From positions 64,001-128,000 of the IMG/VR virus record IMGVR_UViG_3300017700_000469: a stretch of DNA of 64,000 bases. The stretch is one strand, 5' to 3'. Made by a program: the position numbers and the translations under genes. Positions 39,362 through 49,085 of this stretch are shown here, in pieces. Source of the DNA: a virus (Duplodnaviria > Heunggongvirae > Uroviricota > Caudoviricetes). The notes under the pieces are model-generated. The model made no database searches and was not told the origin of the DNA. It saw only the letters and a program-made list of their open reading frames with translations. The first letter of the stretch is position 1. Every line of letters starts with the position of its first letter.

Positions 39362-42300
39362 TTAGTGGTGGCAGAAGTGATCGAGAGCGGCGGACACGAA
39401 CTCATCGTCGTCCATCGTGAATCCACCCTTGTCGGCGGCGCTCGCGAGCGCGTCGAAGAACGCTTTACGGTGGGCAGGCTTGAACACCTTGGTGGCTTCG
39501 CGGATCGCCTTGCCTACGCTGTTGAGCGCGTCGCGGACCGGGCCTGCATCGACGTCGGCCGGCTGTTGGATGAACCGTTCGATGTCCGGCTTGAACTTAG
39601 CGACTCGGTTCCACGAGAGTTCTTCGGCGACGGCGAATTTGATCGTGTGGAAGTTGATCGTCCCTACGTTGCCCCGTACCGCCCGGATCGAGGTAACGCG
39701 ACGCATCGCATCATGGTTATCGCGGGTGTACCCGTTCCATGCGTGCTTACCGGCGTTGCTGGCGAGCAGCATCGTCGCGAGGCTCTGCATGTCGTGGACC
39801 CACATCAGCAGTTCCGGCCCTTCGTAGCACATGCTGGCCGAGCGGCCGGCACGGGCGGCATTGTGGATGCGGCGGTAGGGCACCGACGTCGTCTCGTGGT
39901 ACTTCTCGACGGCACGCCCCAGCGAAGCGGGCTCCGCAACGCGGATCGCTGTGTTGCGAACCGCCAAGAGGCTCACCGTGGCGCAACCGCCGATGATCGT
40001 GAGCGTCTTGTCCGGGTTGACGGCAATGAACTGACCGCAAGGCACCTTCCACTTATCAACGTGGATGGACTGGGAGACGAGCAAGCGAGGGTGCATAGTG
40101 TTACTCTTGATGAACTTGATTCCCGCCCGGCGGGACCGTGTTGTCCCGCCGGGCGTCCGACTAACTGTTGAGCTTGTTGCGGATGCGTTCGATGACGCGA
40201 GCGACGACTTCGGGGTCGCTGCTGTCCACGGTGATGTTGAACTGGACCTTGGAGTCCGGGTCCGAGAAGGCCGACTCGGTGAACGGCTCGGCGGGCTTCG
40301 GGCTCGGGTCCATTTCGATCTGCCGGAACTTCTGCGACAGCGCCACGTCTTCCGCCATGCGAGTGGCGGACAGGGCGGCGTCTTCCGCCGCACGGCGGGC
40401 GGCGACGGTCGTGCCATAATTCAATTCAAGCAGGTCGACCAGATCGGAGCGGGTGCGAACCATCGTGGCTCGGAAGCCGTCTTCGATCTCGATGTTGCTC
40501 GCGAGCACGTTGGTCATCGAACTGATGACGTTGCCGATCGCGTTGTCGTCGGCGCGGCTCGCGAGAATCTCCCACGAGTCGTAGCCGCCGGCGGTGTTCA
40601 CCCGCCGGGTCTCGCCCGAGACGATGCCGCCGCCCATATCCACGAGCACGACGGAGTAGTCTTCAACGCTGAGTACGATGTACTCAGTCGTCGGCAGAGT
40701 TCGGTCAAGCGGCCGAGCGGCCACGATGCGGCCGTGTAGTGTTGGGGAAGGTAGCATGGTGGTCTTAGTAGCCTCGGCCCTTGCTTGCACGCGGGTGCAT
40801 CGGGGAGAAGTGGTTGTGGTACGGGGTAGCTTTCTTACTGGCCAAAAGCTCGGACAGCGTGACGCTAGACCCGGCTTCGCGGCACTCTTCGTAACGGGCT
40901 TGGGTGGCGGGATCGTCGCTGAACTTCTCCCACTTGCTCGTGGCAGCGGGTTCGGTAGCGGCAGGCTTCGGTGTGCGGGCTTTCTTAGCCATGTCTGAGA
41001 TGTCTCGGATTGAACGGATGACCGCCTGGGTTGTTAGTCCAGGCGGTCACGGGGAGAGGGTTGAGGTTACGGCGCGGGCGTCGGCAGCGGTTCGACGACG
41101 GTGACGTTGGCCAGCGTGCGCAAGGTGATCTTGCGTCCTTCGCCGTTGAAGCCACCGAGTTGAGGTTCCTTACCGGGCACGATCTGCGTGACCTTGATCT
41201 TTTGCATCCACATCCGCGATCCACGACGGACCGGGTAGATGACTGTGTCTCCGACTTTGATCTCGCGACCCATGAAATCTAAGTTCACGGGCGCTTCAGC
41301 TTTGCTCATAGAGCGACTCCAAGGGTGTGCAGTCGCTCACGCTGAGCGACTCAAAACGGGGCGGGGATGCAATGCTCAGGTGATAGAACGGCCTTGAAAG
41401 CAGTTCCATGATTTCGGTACATGCCGCTTGGTAGCTCACGTCGCTCTTGAGACGTCGTCGGAACTCCGGGCAGGTGATCTCGCCGGCGTCAACCAGATAG
41501 GTGAACTCGGCGTGGTGTGTCTTCGGGATCGCGTGGCGAACGAGGATGTCCAAGATCGCGTCGTCGGTCTCGTTGAAGTGCTGGTGCATCAGACGGCCGG
41601 GGCGTGGATGAACGTGCCCTTGATCTCGCGGACGATGCTGAGGTTCTTCGCCTTGCTTTCGGCGAAGTGGATGTACGGCCGGTAGCCGACCGCCATGTAT
41701 TCGATCGACGTGTACGGCCGCCAGTCGCCGTCCGGGATCGCCGGGTTGGTGCCTGGGTTGTGACCGGCCAAGCGGCGGAACAACTTCTGTTCTTGGTTGA
41801 ACTCGTAGGCCGAGTTCTCTGTGTAGACGAGGACGTTGCCTTGCTCGGCTTCCACGGCCATGACGGGATCGTTCTCGACCGCCGTTACGACGAAGGTCGA
41901 GAGGATGGGACTGCGAAATCCGTCGTTGAAGTCCACGCTGCTCCCGACATAGCAGCCGACGATCTCGTGGAAGTCGATCGTGTTCGTGCTACCATCCGGT
42001 CGAGTCTCGACGGCTTTGCGGGCCTTCAGATCGACATCGAACTCGGAGCCGTTTGAAGTCTTGAATTTCATCAGCCACACCCTGGTACTGGTTCGTCGCC
42101 GCCCTTGCGGTAGTTGTGTTCTCCCGGCGTCCCATACCATCCTTGGCCGTCTCCGCAGCAGTCGCAGACAGCGACGTCGTGAAGCGACATGCAGTAGGAG
42201 CACGGCGGCGCGATGAAGCATGTGCATCCTTCGAGCCGCGACGTCTCGACGTCACGGTCGTCGATCCATTTAAGGACCGCAGCATGGAAGTCGCCGCTGT

Positions 42301-42552
42301 TCTCCATCGCCTTCAGATCGACGTCGCCGATCTGGTCGAGGTTGAGGAACCCGGACCCTTCGCATCGTGTGCAGTTCATATCCAGAACACCTTCAGGTAT
42401 CTGGCCACGTAGATGATCGTGGCGGTCGCCAGTGCGGCCTTGCCCACGACCACGAGCGTGTTGAGAACCAGGGCGATGGACAACTTGACGGCGACTTCGG
42501 GCAGGTTGTTGCAACCCGCAGAGATACAGAAGATTTGGATGAGGTTTCTCAT
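39362..42552 (-). other. Block of hypothetical genes
   Basis: ORFs 39362-40096, 40161-40790, 40765-40992, 41067-41309, 41296-41589, 41589-42071, 42071-42379 (Cys-rich), 42376-42552 (membrane). Confidence 0.65.
40124..40155 (-). terminator. Hairpin, terminator-like
   Basis: 13-bp stem CGCCCGGCGGGAC/GTCCCGCCGGGCG just after the stop at 40161; weak U tract. Confidence 0.5.
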
Positions 42553-42560
42553 GGGCAGGT

Positions 42561-43556
42561 TTAACACGCTCGCCGGGCCGTTCTGGTTTTCACTTTTCCG
42601 TCACTTCCCCACGCCCCGCCTGCGGTTCGCAGGACTTTCAGGTCGTTGGCTTCAGCGATCTTGGCGCAGTAGGTCGGGTCGAACTCGAAGAGCGTGCAGG
42701 GCAGGCCCAGCCGCTTGCAGACCCGCATCGTGGTGCCGGTGCCGCCGAACGGATCGAGCACGCGGTCGCCCTCCGTCGTGGAGAGCTTGATGCAGCGTTC
42801 GACGAGTTCCTCGTGCAACTGCGTCGGGTGCCAGTCGCACCGCTGCTTGGAGTTGCCGGTGACTCGCGGGAAGTCGAGCACGTCGCCCGGCGAGCCATAG
42901 GTGGTATCCAGGGCGGCGACGATCTCGGCGCGGATCGCCAGGATGTTGTCGCGGTCGAGCCGGACCCGCTCTTCGATCTCGTTACCGTCCATCTCGGAGA
43001 CGCCTTCGATCAGGGCAAGCTGCGAGTCGCAGTGCCGCAGGGCGTCGAGCATCGGCGTCGGGTACTCGAAGTCGAGCACGTCGCCCGGCACACGGCCGCC
43101 GGCAGCGGCGCGTGCGTCACCGTGTCGCTGTCGCCACGAAGGCACCTTAATTGCGTCGGGATAAAGTTTCGCGGAATCCCACATGATCCGCCAAAGCGGC
43201 CTGTGGTTATTGCCCAGGTCGTTTTTGTTGTGCTGGCCGAACGTGAAGACTTGGACGCAGCTTTTCCCGACCAGAAACGGCTCTTTGTCCGCAAAAGCGT
43301 TGATGATCTCGTCGAAGATCGCGCCCATCGCGAACGTGTATTTCGCGTTGAAGGAAAACCACGATACGTCAGCTTGTCGCACACAAGCCAGCACGAGATC
43401 GTGGAGAAACTTTACATAGTCCGCTTTCGGACGGTTGTCGGTGTATGTTTCATAACCGAGCCCGATGTTGTCCGGCGGGTCGGCGAAAATGCACTTCACC
43501 CTGTCGTGCGTCGGCAGCAGGGTCAGACAGTCGCCCTTGCGGAGTAAGTATTTCAT
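42561..43556 (-). CDS. DNA N6-adenine/N4-cytosine methyltransferase (beta class)
   Basis: GDCL, FADPPDN (motif IV variant), HPTQ, VLDPFGGTGTT. Confidence 0.85.
   Translation of the reverse strand: MKYLLRKGDCLTLLPTHDRVKCIFADPPDNIGLGYETYTDNRPKADYVKFLHDLVLACVRQADVSWFSFNAKYTFAMGAIFDEIINAFADKEPFLVGKSCVQVFTFGQHNKNDLGNNHRPLWRIMWDSAKLYPDAIKVPSWRQRHGDARAAAGGRVPGDVLDFEYPTPMLDALRHCDSQLALIEGVSEMDGNEIEERVRLDRDNILAIRAEIVAALDTTYGSPGDVLDFPRVTGNSKQRCDWHPTQLHEELVERCIKLSTTEGDRVLDPFGGTGTTMRVCKRLGLPCTLFEFDPTYCAKIAEANDLKVLRTAGGAWGSDGKVKTRTARRAC
42562..42592 (-). promoter_or_regulatory. Class 2 (ECF-type) promoter
   Basis: TGAAAACC-N16-CGTGTTA. Confidence 0.75.
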
Positions 43557-43576
43557 CGAGATTTACAACCTTGGAG

Positions 43577-43605
43577 TTTGCATTACGTCAGCTTTGACGT
43601 AGGAT
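43577..43605 (+). promoter_or_regulatory. Class 1 promoter driving the acyltransferase
   Basis: TTTGCA-TTACGTCAGCTTTGACG-TAGGAT, 6 nt before the ATG. Confidence 0.9.
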
Positions 43606-43611
43606 TAAGCT

Positions 43612-44619
43612 ATGAACAGAATACTTTCACTCGACGTGTTGCGTGGCATCGCCGTACTTCTCGTAATCGTGAGGCACTGCGACGCTGCGTTCGGGACGTG
43701 GCTCGAACCCGTTCGACGTGGCGGCTGGGTCGGCGTTGACTTGTTCTTCGTGCTGAGCGGCTTCCTCGTCTCGGGCCTGCTCTTCCGCGAGCACGCTAAG
43801 ACCGGAGCCATTCGACCGGTGCGATTCCTGATGCGTCGCGGCTGGAAGATTTACCCGGCGTTCTGGGTGCTCATCGCAGTGACGGCTGTCTTGTTCGGCT
43901 TCAACTGGTCGAAGACCATCAACGAGCTAGCGTTCGTGCAGAGCTACACGATGAACCGCTGGTGGGGCCATACGTGGTCGCTCGCGGTCGAAGAGCACTT
44001 CTACATCCTCTTGCCGCTCATGTTCGTGCCGATGTCGAAGGACGGCTTCCGCTCGTTGCCTCGCATCGTGGCGATGATCCTGGTCGGCTTGCTCGTGGCA
44101 AAGTGCATCAACGGCACCCGCCCGTTCACCGAACACGATCACATCTATCCGACCCACCTGCGTCTCGACGGTCTGTTCTTCGGTGTCCTGCTCGCTTACT
44201 GGCACCACTCGTGGCCGGCGTTCAACGACTTCTGCAAGCGTTACTCGATCGGCCTGATCGTTGCCGGCGTCGTGTTGCTCACGCCTGCGTTCGTATTCAA
44301 CGTCGAAACCACGCGAGCCCTCTACACGTACTGGCTCACGGCCCAGATCATCGCTGCGGGCATGATCCTGATGGGCATGGTCTGCGGCGGCGTCCGGGAG
44401 AATCGCTTCACCAAGACGATCGGTTGGATCGGCACCTTCTCGTACAGCATCTACCTCTGGCACAACATGGTGACGCTCGTGATCGCTCCGATGCTCGGCA
44501 TCAACTCGACTTTCCTGTCGGTGCTCGGCAGCGTCGCCCTCGGCATCGCGATGTCTAAGCTGGTCGAGTCACCTTGCTTGTGGCTGCGTGATCGGATGGC
44601 GAAGCCTTCGCTTGCTTAG
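43612..44619 (+). CDS. Acyltransferase family 3 (OafA/GtrC-like O-acyltransferase), multi-TM
   Basis: LDVLRGIAVLLV..H, GVDLFFVLSGFL, RRGWKIYP, HTWSLAVEEHFY, SYSIYLWH. Confidence 0.93.
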   Translation: MNRILSLDVLRGIAVLLVIVRHCDAAFGTWLEPVRRGGWVGVDLFFVLSGFLVSGLLFREHAKTGAIRPVRFLMRRGWKIYPAFWVLIAVTAVLFGFNWSKTINELAFVQSYTMNRWWGHTWSLAVEEHFYILLPLMFVPMSKDGFRSLPRIVAMILVGLLVAKCINGTRPFTEHDHIYPTHLRLDGLFFGVLLAYWHHSWPAFNDFCKRYSIGLIVAGVVLLTPAFVFNVETTRALYTYWLTAQIIAAGMILMGMVCGGVRENRFTKTIGWIGTFSYSIYLWHNMVTLVIAPMLGINSTFLSVLGSVALGIAMSKLVESPCLWLRDRMAKPSLA

Positions 44620-45898
44620 TCGTCTCGCCGGCGTGCTTGATCGCCGTCTCTGGGTCTTCCGAATACTTCGTCAGATGGACTTGGATCGCGGCCATGCTCG
44701 TGTTGTCGAGACTCAACGCTTCGACGAAGCGAAGGTTCTGGCGGCTGGTAGCGTCGGGGTAGAACCGCTCGAACATTCGAGAGGCTTGGCCGGCGTCCGG
44801 CGTGCCGACGTGAATGCGGTGATCGGCTCGACCCGGTCGGATGAGAGCTTCGTCGAGCTTCTCGGGGTGGTTCGTCGTCATAAACATGATGCGTCCTTCG
44901 CCCGAGGCGACGCCGTCGATCGCATTCAGCAGGCCGCTGAACGTGACGGACGAGGCGTTGTCGTCGGTCGCAACCCGCTCGTTGAAGACGCAGTCGATGT
45001 CTTCGACTAGGACGATGGTGTCCTTTGGTACGTCGGCGAGCAGGCGGCAGAGAACGTCATCCGACATCCCTGCCGAGTTCACGTTGACGATGGCGATGTC
45101 ATAGTTGAAGTAGCTCGCGACACCGATCACCAAGCTGCTCTTACCGCTCCCCGGCGGGCCTTCGGTTAGGAAGCCCAGGCGGTGTGGGATGCCGCGCTGG
45201 ATGTACCACTGCTCGCGGGAGCGGAATAGCTTTATCGCCTCGATGATCTCTTCCATGACGCCCGCTCGGAGCACCACGGATTCGAGCGACCGAGGGCGAC
45301 GCTTCGCACTGACGTGCCAGTCGTCGTAGCGTGCCGTGAGGATCGAGATACGCTTCTCGCCCTTCGGATGCACGAGTTCGCGGGCCTCTTCGAGCAACTC
45401 GACGATGTGCTTACGCGACCTGCCGAACATCTGAATGACGAACGATTCCTTTTCTTCACCCATAGACGAGAGGCCGCCGCTCGGCGTGGCTCCCTGATCT
45501 TTCTTCTCCCGTTCGAGCATCACCAACCGGCCCTTGTAGAAGAACCAGTGGTGCCCCGTGGCCGGCGAGAGGATGATTCGCGGTTGACCGTCGTATTCGC
45601 CGCAAGCCTGCGGCCGGTTGCTGGCGTCGGCTCGCTCGGTCTTCACCGTGAGCAGCCGTGCTCGCTTGGCACCGTATGGATGCAGCGCCAGCCACTTGTT
45701 GATCCACTGGAACGCTTCGTCGCGGTCGCGGATTTCGATCTGGATGATGAACCGGGACTTCGTCCAGTCCCAGATGCGTCTAGGAATCTCTTTGCACTGG
45801 TGGACTATCGCCGCGAGCGCACCAAGGACAAACCCACCCGCTAGGAATTGGTTGTTCTGAAGGTTTTGCAGCGCCGTTGTCCAGAGTTGATCGAGCAT
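44555..45898 (-). CDS. BCS1-like AAA ATPase
   Basis: N-terminal TM plus BCS1_N-like region; RGIPHRLG, GPPGSGKS, LVEDID, TFSGLLNAIDG, MTTNHPEKLDEALIRPGR. Confidence 0.88.
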   Translation of the reverse strand: MLDQLWTTALQNLQNNQFLAGGFVLGALAAIVHQCKEIPRRIWDWTKSRFIIQIEIRDRDEAFQWINKWLALHPYGAKRARLLTVKTERADASNRPQACGEYDGQPRIILSPATGHHWFFYKGRLVMLEREKKDQGATPSGGLSSMGEEKESFVIQMFGRSRKHIVELLEEARELVHPKGEKRISILTARYDDWHVSAKRRPRSLESVVLRAGVMEEIIEAIKLFRSREQWYIQRGIPHRLGFLTEGPPGSGKSSLVIGVASYFNYDIAIVNVNSAGMSDDVLCRLLADVPKDTIVLVEDIDCVFNERVATDDNASSVTFSGLLNAIDGVASGEGRIMFMTTNHPEKLDEALIRPGRADHRIHVGTPDAGQASRMFERFYPDATSRQNLRFVEALSLDNTSMAAIQVHLTKYSEDPETAIKHAGETTKQAKASPSDHAATSKVTRPA

Positions 45899-46633
45899 CT
45901 CGACTCCAATGCCAGTAGTTGCGGACGCCGACGCAGATCATCACGACCTCGATCGTCACCCAGTCCGGTCGGCCGAGCTTGATGGCTTCGACCAACCAAC
46001 ACGCGCCGCCTGTCAACGAGATCAGGAAGCCGACCTTATGTTTCTTGGCTAGCTGCCACGCACCGGCGACGAGCAGCACGTTCCCGATCCACCCGAAGGG
46101 AATCATGGAGACACGGGCGGTTTAGGCGGCGGGATCACGGCGGGCCGCAACTGCAAGATGATGACGGGCACCATGTCGCCCTCGGCGACGGGTTCGTCGG
46201 GACTCTGGTAGCCGATCGTGAACTCGGCGCACGTCGGTCCCAACTCCGCGACCATCTTGCCCATGTGCTCGAAGATCGCGGCGATGCCGTCAGCCCTGAA
46301 CTGCCCCGATCGAACACGCTGCAACGCTGGCTCTTGAATCTGCACTTGGAGTGACCCTTACGATGGTGATGTTGGTGGGAAGGCGGGTGTTGATGCCCAG
46401 GTCGGTCTTGATTTGCGACCGGGCTTCACCGCGAGTGTTGGCCAGGACGACGCCGCCGCGATCACCGAGTTCCCAGTGCCACTCGTACTTCGGCGGCTGC
46501 GTGGCGGGGTCGGAAATCATCCCGTCAGCGATGAGGCGGCGCTTCACTTCGCGGCGGAACTTGACCATCACTTCCGCCGTGGTGACTCGGCGGCGGGCGA
46601 TCATGGGAAGGCGTTGGTGTTGGGTCGAACGAC

Positions 46634-47152
46634 TCACGTTGTGCTCCGAAAAGGTGCTGTGAACTTCACCCCGTCCTCGGCGTCGCCGTAGGCGGTGAAG
46701 TGTTTCTTGAGGAAGGGCTTGACCGCTTTGAACCCGGACTTGGCAAGCCACTCGCTGGTGTTGGCCGGGCCGGGGTAGATCGTGCTCTCGGGCACGATGA
46801 TGAACATGACGGGTGGCTTGTTGGCGAGCTTCACGGACTTGACCGAGACGGCTCGCCCGTATTCGCTGGCCGCGCCGATCAGCATGTTGGCTATGCCGTG
46901 GCGACGGTGCTGCGCCTTGACGGCGATCTTCACGATCTCGACATCGACGCTGTCTTTCGCACGGCGGAAGATGCCGAAGCCGACTGCCGTGCCGTAGTAC
47001 GTCGCAACGGAGATCGCGTACTCGGGACTGTGCCCGATGCGAGCCCATTCTTCGGGTGCCCAAGCGCTCTCGAAGCACTTGATGTCGATGTCGAGCAAGT
47101 CGTTCGCGTCGTCCGACTTGCCGCCCCGCAGGGCAAAGAGTGGTGTTTCCAA
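46634..47152 (-). CDS. GNAT acetyltransferase (RimI-like)
   Basis: IDIKCFESAW, EIVKIAV..QHRRHGIANML; TTG start inferred. Confidence 0.75.
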   Translation of the reverse strand: METPLFALRGGKSDDANDLLDIDIKCFESAWAPEEWARIGHSPEYAISVATYYGTAVGFGIFRRAKDSVDVEIVKIAVKAQHRRHGIANMLIGAASEYGRAVSVKSVKLANKPPVMFIIVPESTIYPGPANTSEWLAKSGFKAVKPFLKKHFTAYGDAEDGVKFTAPFRSTT

Positions 47153-47156
47153 GTGC

Positions 47157-48215
47157 CTAACCTTTGAATTGAGCCCGGACCGCTTCGTTGAACCAGTTCT
47201 CTTCAGCGGACCCGTCCGTCTGAAGACCCACCGCCATGCTGTCGAGAACCTCGCAGCGAGAGTCGTTGTCTTCGCGAGACATCTCAGCAAAGACGTGACC
47301 AGATTGAATTGCATCCCAGCACGCTTTAACTTTGGCGAGCAGCTTGAGTTGGTGGTCGCGGCTCACGCGAGCCCGATGGTTGGCCACACGCAACAACGGC
47401 TTCTGACCTTCACCCATGAACTTCGAGACGATCTCGTCGATCCACACGACGACGTTCTCGTCGCCGGGTGCTTCGCCGAGCATCCACCCGTAGAGCGACA
47501 CCTGATCGGCGTACTCTTCGGTGCAGGACTCCATGTAGCCCTGGTTGATCGTGAGCCCGTGGTGGTCGTAGGCGAGGTAGCGATCGTGTTCCTTGCCGTG
47601 GCTCTGCGACTGCTTGCCGAGCGGAGCCGCCTTCGTGGCACCGACGCCGAGCTTGATCGCGTCGTAGCCGTCGCGACACATCGCGTAGCCCTTGCTCGGG
47701 CTGGCTCCGTGCTTGGAGCAGAAGCCCTTCACCTTCCAGTCGAACACGACGCGAACGACGACGTCGCGAGGCTTGATGAGAAAGCGAAGATCGGGCTTAC
47801 CGGAGACCGGCACACCGTCGATGACGGCGTCGATCTTCGACTCGAAGCGCGGCGGCTCGATCGCGGTCTGCAACAAGTCGAGCAGTTCCTTGTAGGCACC
47901 GCTCTGAATGTAGCTTTCCAGCACATACTCGCTCGCACCGAGAGCCCAGTCGCGGTTGTGAGGCTCGACTTGATCCTCGAACAGCTTGCCGAACTCGTAG
48001 TTCGGATCGGAACCCGCACCGAACAAGGCGCTGTGCAGCCCGGCCTTTACGCGGGCGTCAAACGCCGAGCCGATCGAGGCGTAGTTTTCCTGCGGCACTC
48101 GCGGGGCCTTGTTGCCGGCGAGGTAGCGAAGGTAGAACTCTTCCGAGTCTTTCTCGAAGAGCGAGAAACTGCTGTAGCTGAGAGCTTGCGGGCGGCGCTT
48201 GATGGCGAAGGTCAT
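47157..48215 (-). CDS. PD-(D/E)XK nuclease superfamily protein (RecB/Cas4-like)
   Basis: LSYSSF, GSAFD, GKPDL, FDWK, QVSLY. Confidence 0.75.
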   Translation of the reverse strand: MTFAIKRRPQALSYSSFSLFEKDSEEFYLRYLAGNKAPRVPQENYASIGSAFDARVKAGLHSALFGAGSDPNYEFGKLFEDQVEPHNRDWALGASEYVLESYIQSGAYKELLDLLQTAIEPPRFESKIDAVIDGVPVSGKPDLRFLIKPRDVVVRVVFDWKVKGFCSKHGASPSKGYAMCRDGYDAIKLGVGATKAAPLGKQSQSHGKEHDRYLAYDHHGLTINQGYMESCTEEYADQVSLYGWMLGEAPGDENVVVWIDEIVSKFMGEGQKPLLRVANHRARVSRDHQLKLLAKVKACWDAIQSGHVFAEMSREDNDSRCEVLDSMAVGLQTDGSAEENWFNEAVRAQFKG

Positions 48216-49078
48216 ATCGACTCGGCGGTTGTTGGTTGGTTAGTCTTCGAGAGCAGCGACGAGAGATGCGAACGCATACGCCGCACAAGCAGGAATGACG
48301 CCGTTGCCGAGCAGCTTGAGATAGCGGGCCAGCCCATCAGCCATTCCACAAACTTCGGGTTCAATTGCAGGTATGAGTCCTGCATTGCGGGCGATGATCG
48401 ACCGCCATTCGTCGAACTCTTCTGGGCCAGGAGGCCATAGCGGAAGGTCACGACTTCGTCTTCGAGATTCCCGGAGCGCTTCCGGCCTCGACTTGCACAG
48501 TGCTTTAAGATCGACGAGAGCGGACGCAGCTTCTTTCGGCACATAGCGCTGGCGGCCCTTGCGATCGGCCACAGCAAGAAAGAAGAGTCTCTCCCGGTCA
48601 GTCGTTGCACCCACTTCCGTCGCACTGAAGAGGCCAGCCGCAATGCTGAAGCCCATTCGGTGAAGGTCGGCGAAGACTTCCTCGGCACCGAGGCTGAGAT
48701 GTCCGGCGACGTTCTCACAAAACACGAAGCCGGGTTTAACCTCTTCAACGACGCGAGCGACGTGAGGCCAAAGGTGTCGCGGATCATCTTTGCCAAGTCG
48801 TTTGCCCGTGAGGCTGAACGGTTGGCACGGGTAGCCCGCAGTGATTCCATCCACGAGGCCACGCCACGGGCGGCCGTCGAAGGTTCGTAAATCCGACCAA
48901 ATAGGCGCTTGATGAAGCGATCCTTGGTCCATGCTCGACGCCAGGAACTCGGCGGCGAAGGCTTCCCATTCAACCCAACACACGGTGCGACTTGTCGGCA
49001 GAGCGAGATTGAGTCCTCGATCGAGACCGGCACCGCCCGAGCAGAGGCTAAGGACGTTGAGGGGACGTGTAGCCACAT
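48212..49078 (-). CDS. Alternative-frame C5-MTase beta subunit (motif IX / TRD); true start uncertain
   Basis: 288-codon open frame overlapping the MTase; ends with QLNPKFVEWLMGWP (motif IX), which the main frame lacks. Confidence 0.65.
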   Translation of the reverse strand: MWLHVPSTSLASARAVPVSIEDSISLCRQVAPCVGLNGKPSPPSSWRRAWTKDRFIKRLFGRIYEPSTAARGVASWMESLRATRANRSASRANDLAKMIRDTFGLTSLASLKRLNPASCFVRTSPDISASVPRKSSPTFTEWASALRLASSVRRKWVQRLTGRDSSFLLWPIARAASAMCRKKLRPLSSILKHCASRGRKRSGNLEDEVVTFRYGLLAQKSSTNGGRSSPAMQDSYLQLNPKFVEWLMGWPAISSCSATASFLLVRRMRSHLSSLLSKTNQPTTAESI

Positions 49079-49085
49079 TACTCAC
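48240..49085 (-). CDS. DNA (cytosine-5) methyltransferase, alpha subunit
   Basis: LSLCSGGAG (I), GYPCQPFS (IV), ENV (VI), RERLF (VIII), LGNGV (X). Confidence 0.92.
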   Translation of the reverse strand: MSNVATRPLNVLSLCSGGAGLDRGLNLALPTSRTVCWVEWEAFAAEFLASSMDQGSLHQAPIWSDLRTFDGRPWRGLVDGITAGYPCQPFSLTGKRLGKDDPRHLWPHVARVVEEVKPGFVFCENVAGHLSLGAEEVFADLHRMGFSIAAGLFSATEVGATTDRERLFFLAVADRKGRQRYVPKEAASALVDLKALCKSRPEALRESRRRSRDLPLWPPGPEEFDEWRSIIARNAGLIPAIEPEVCGMADGLARYLKLLGNGVIPACAAYAFASLVAALED

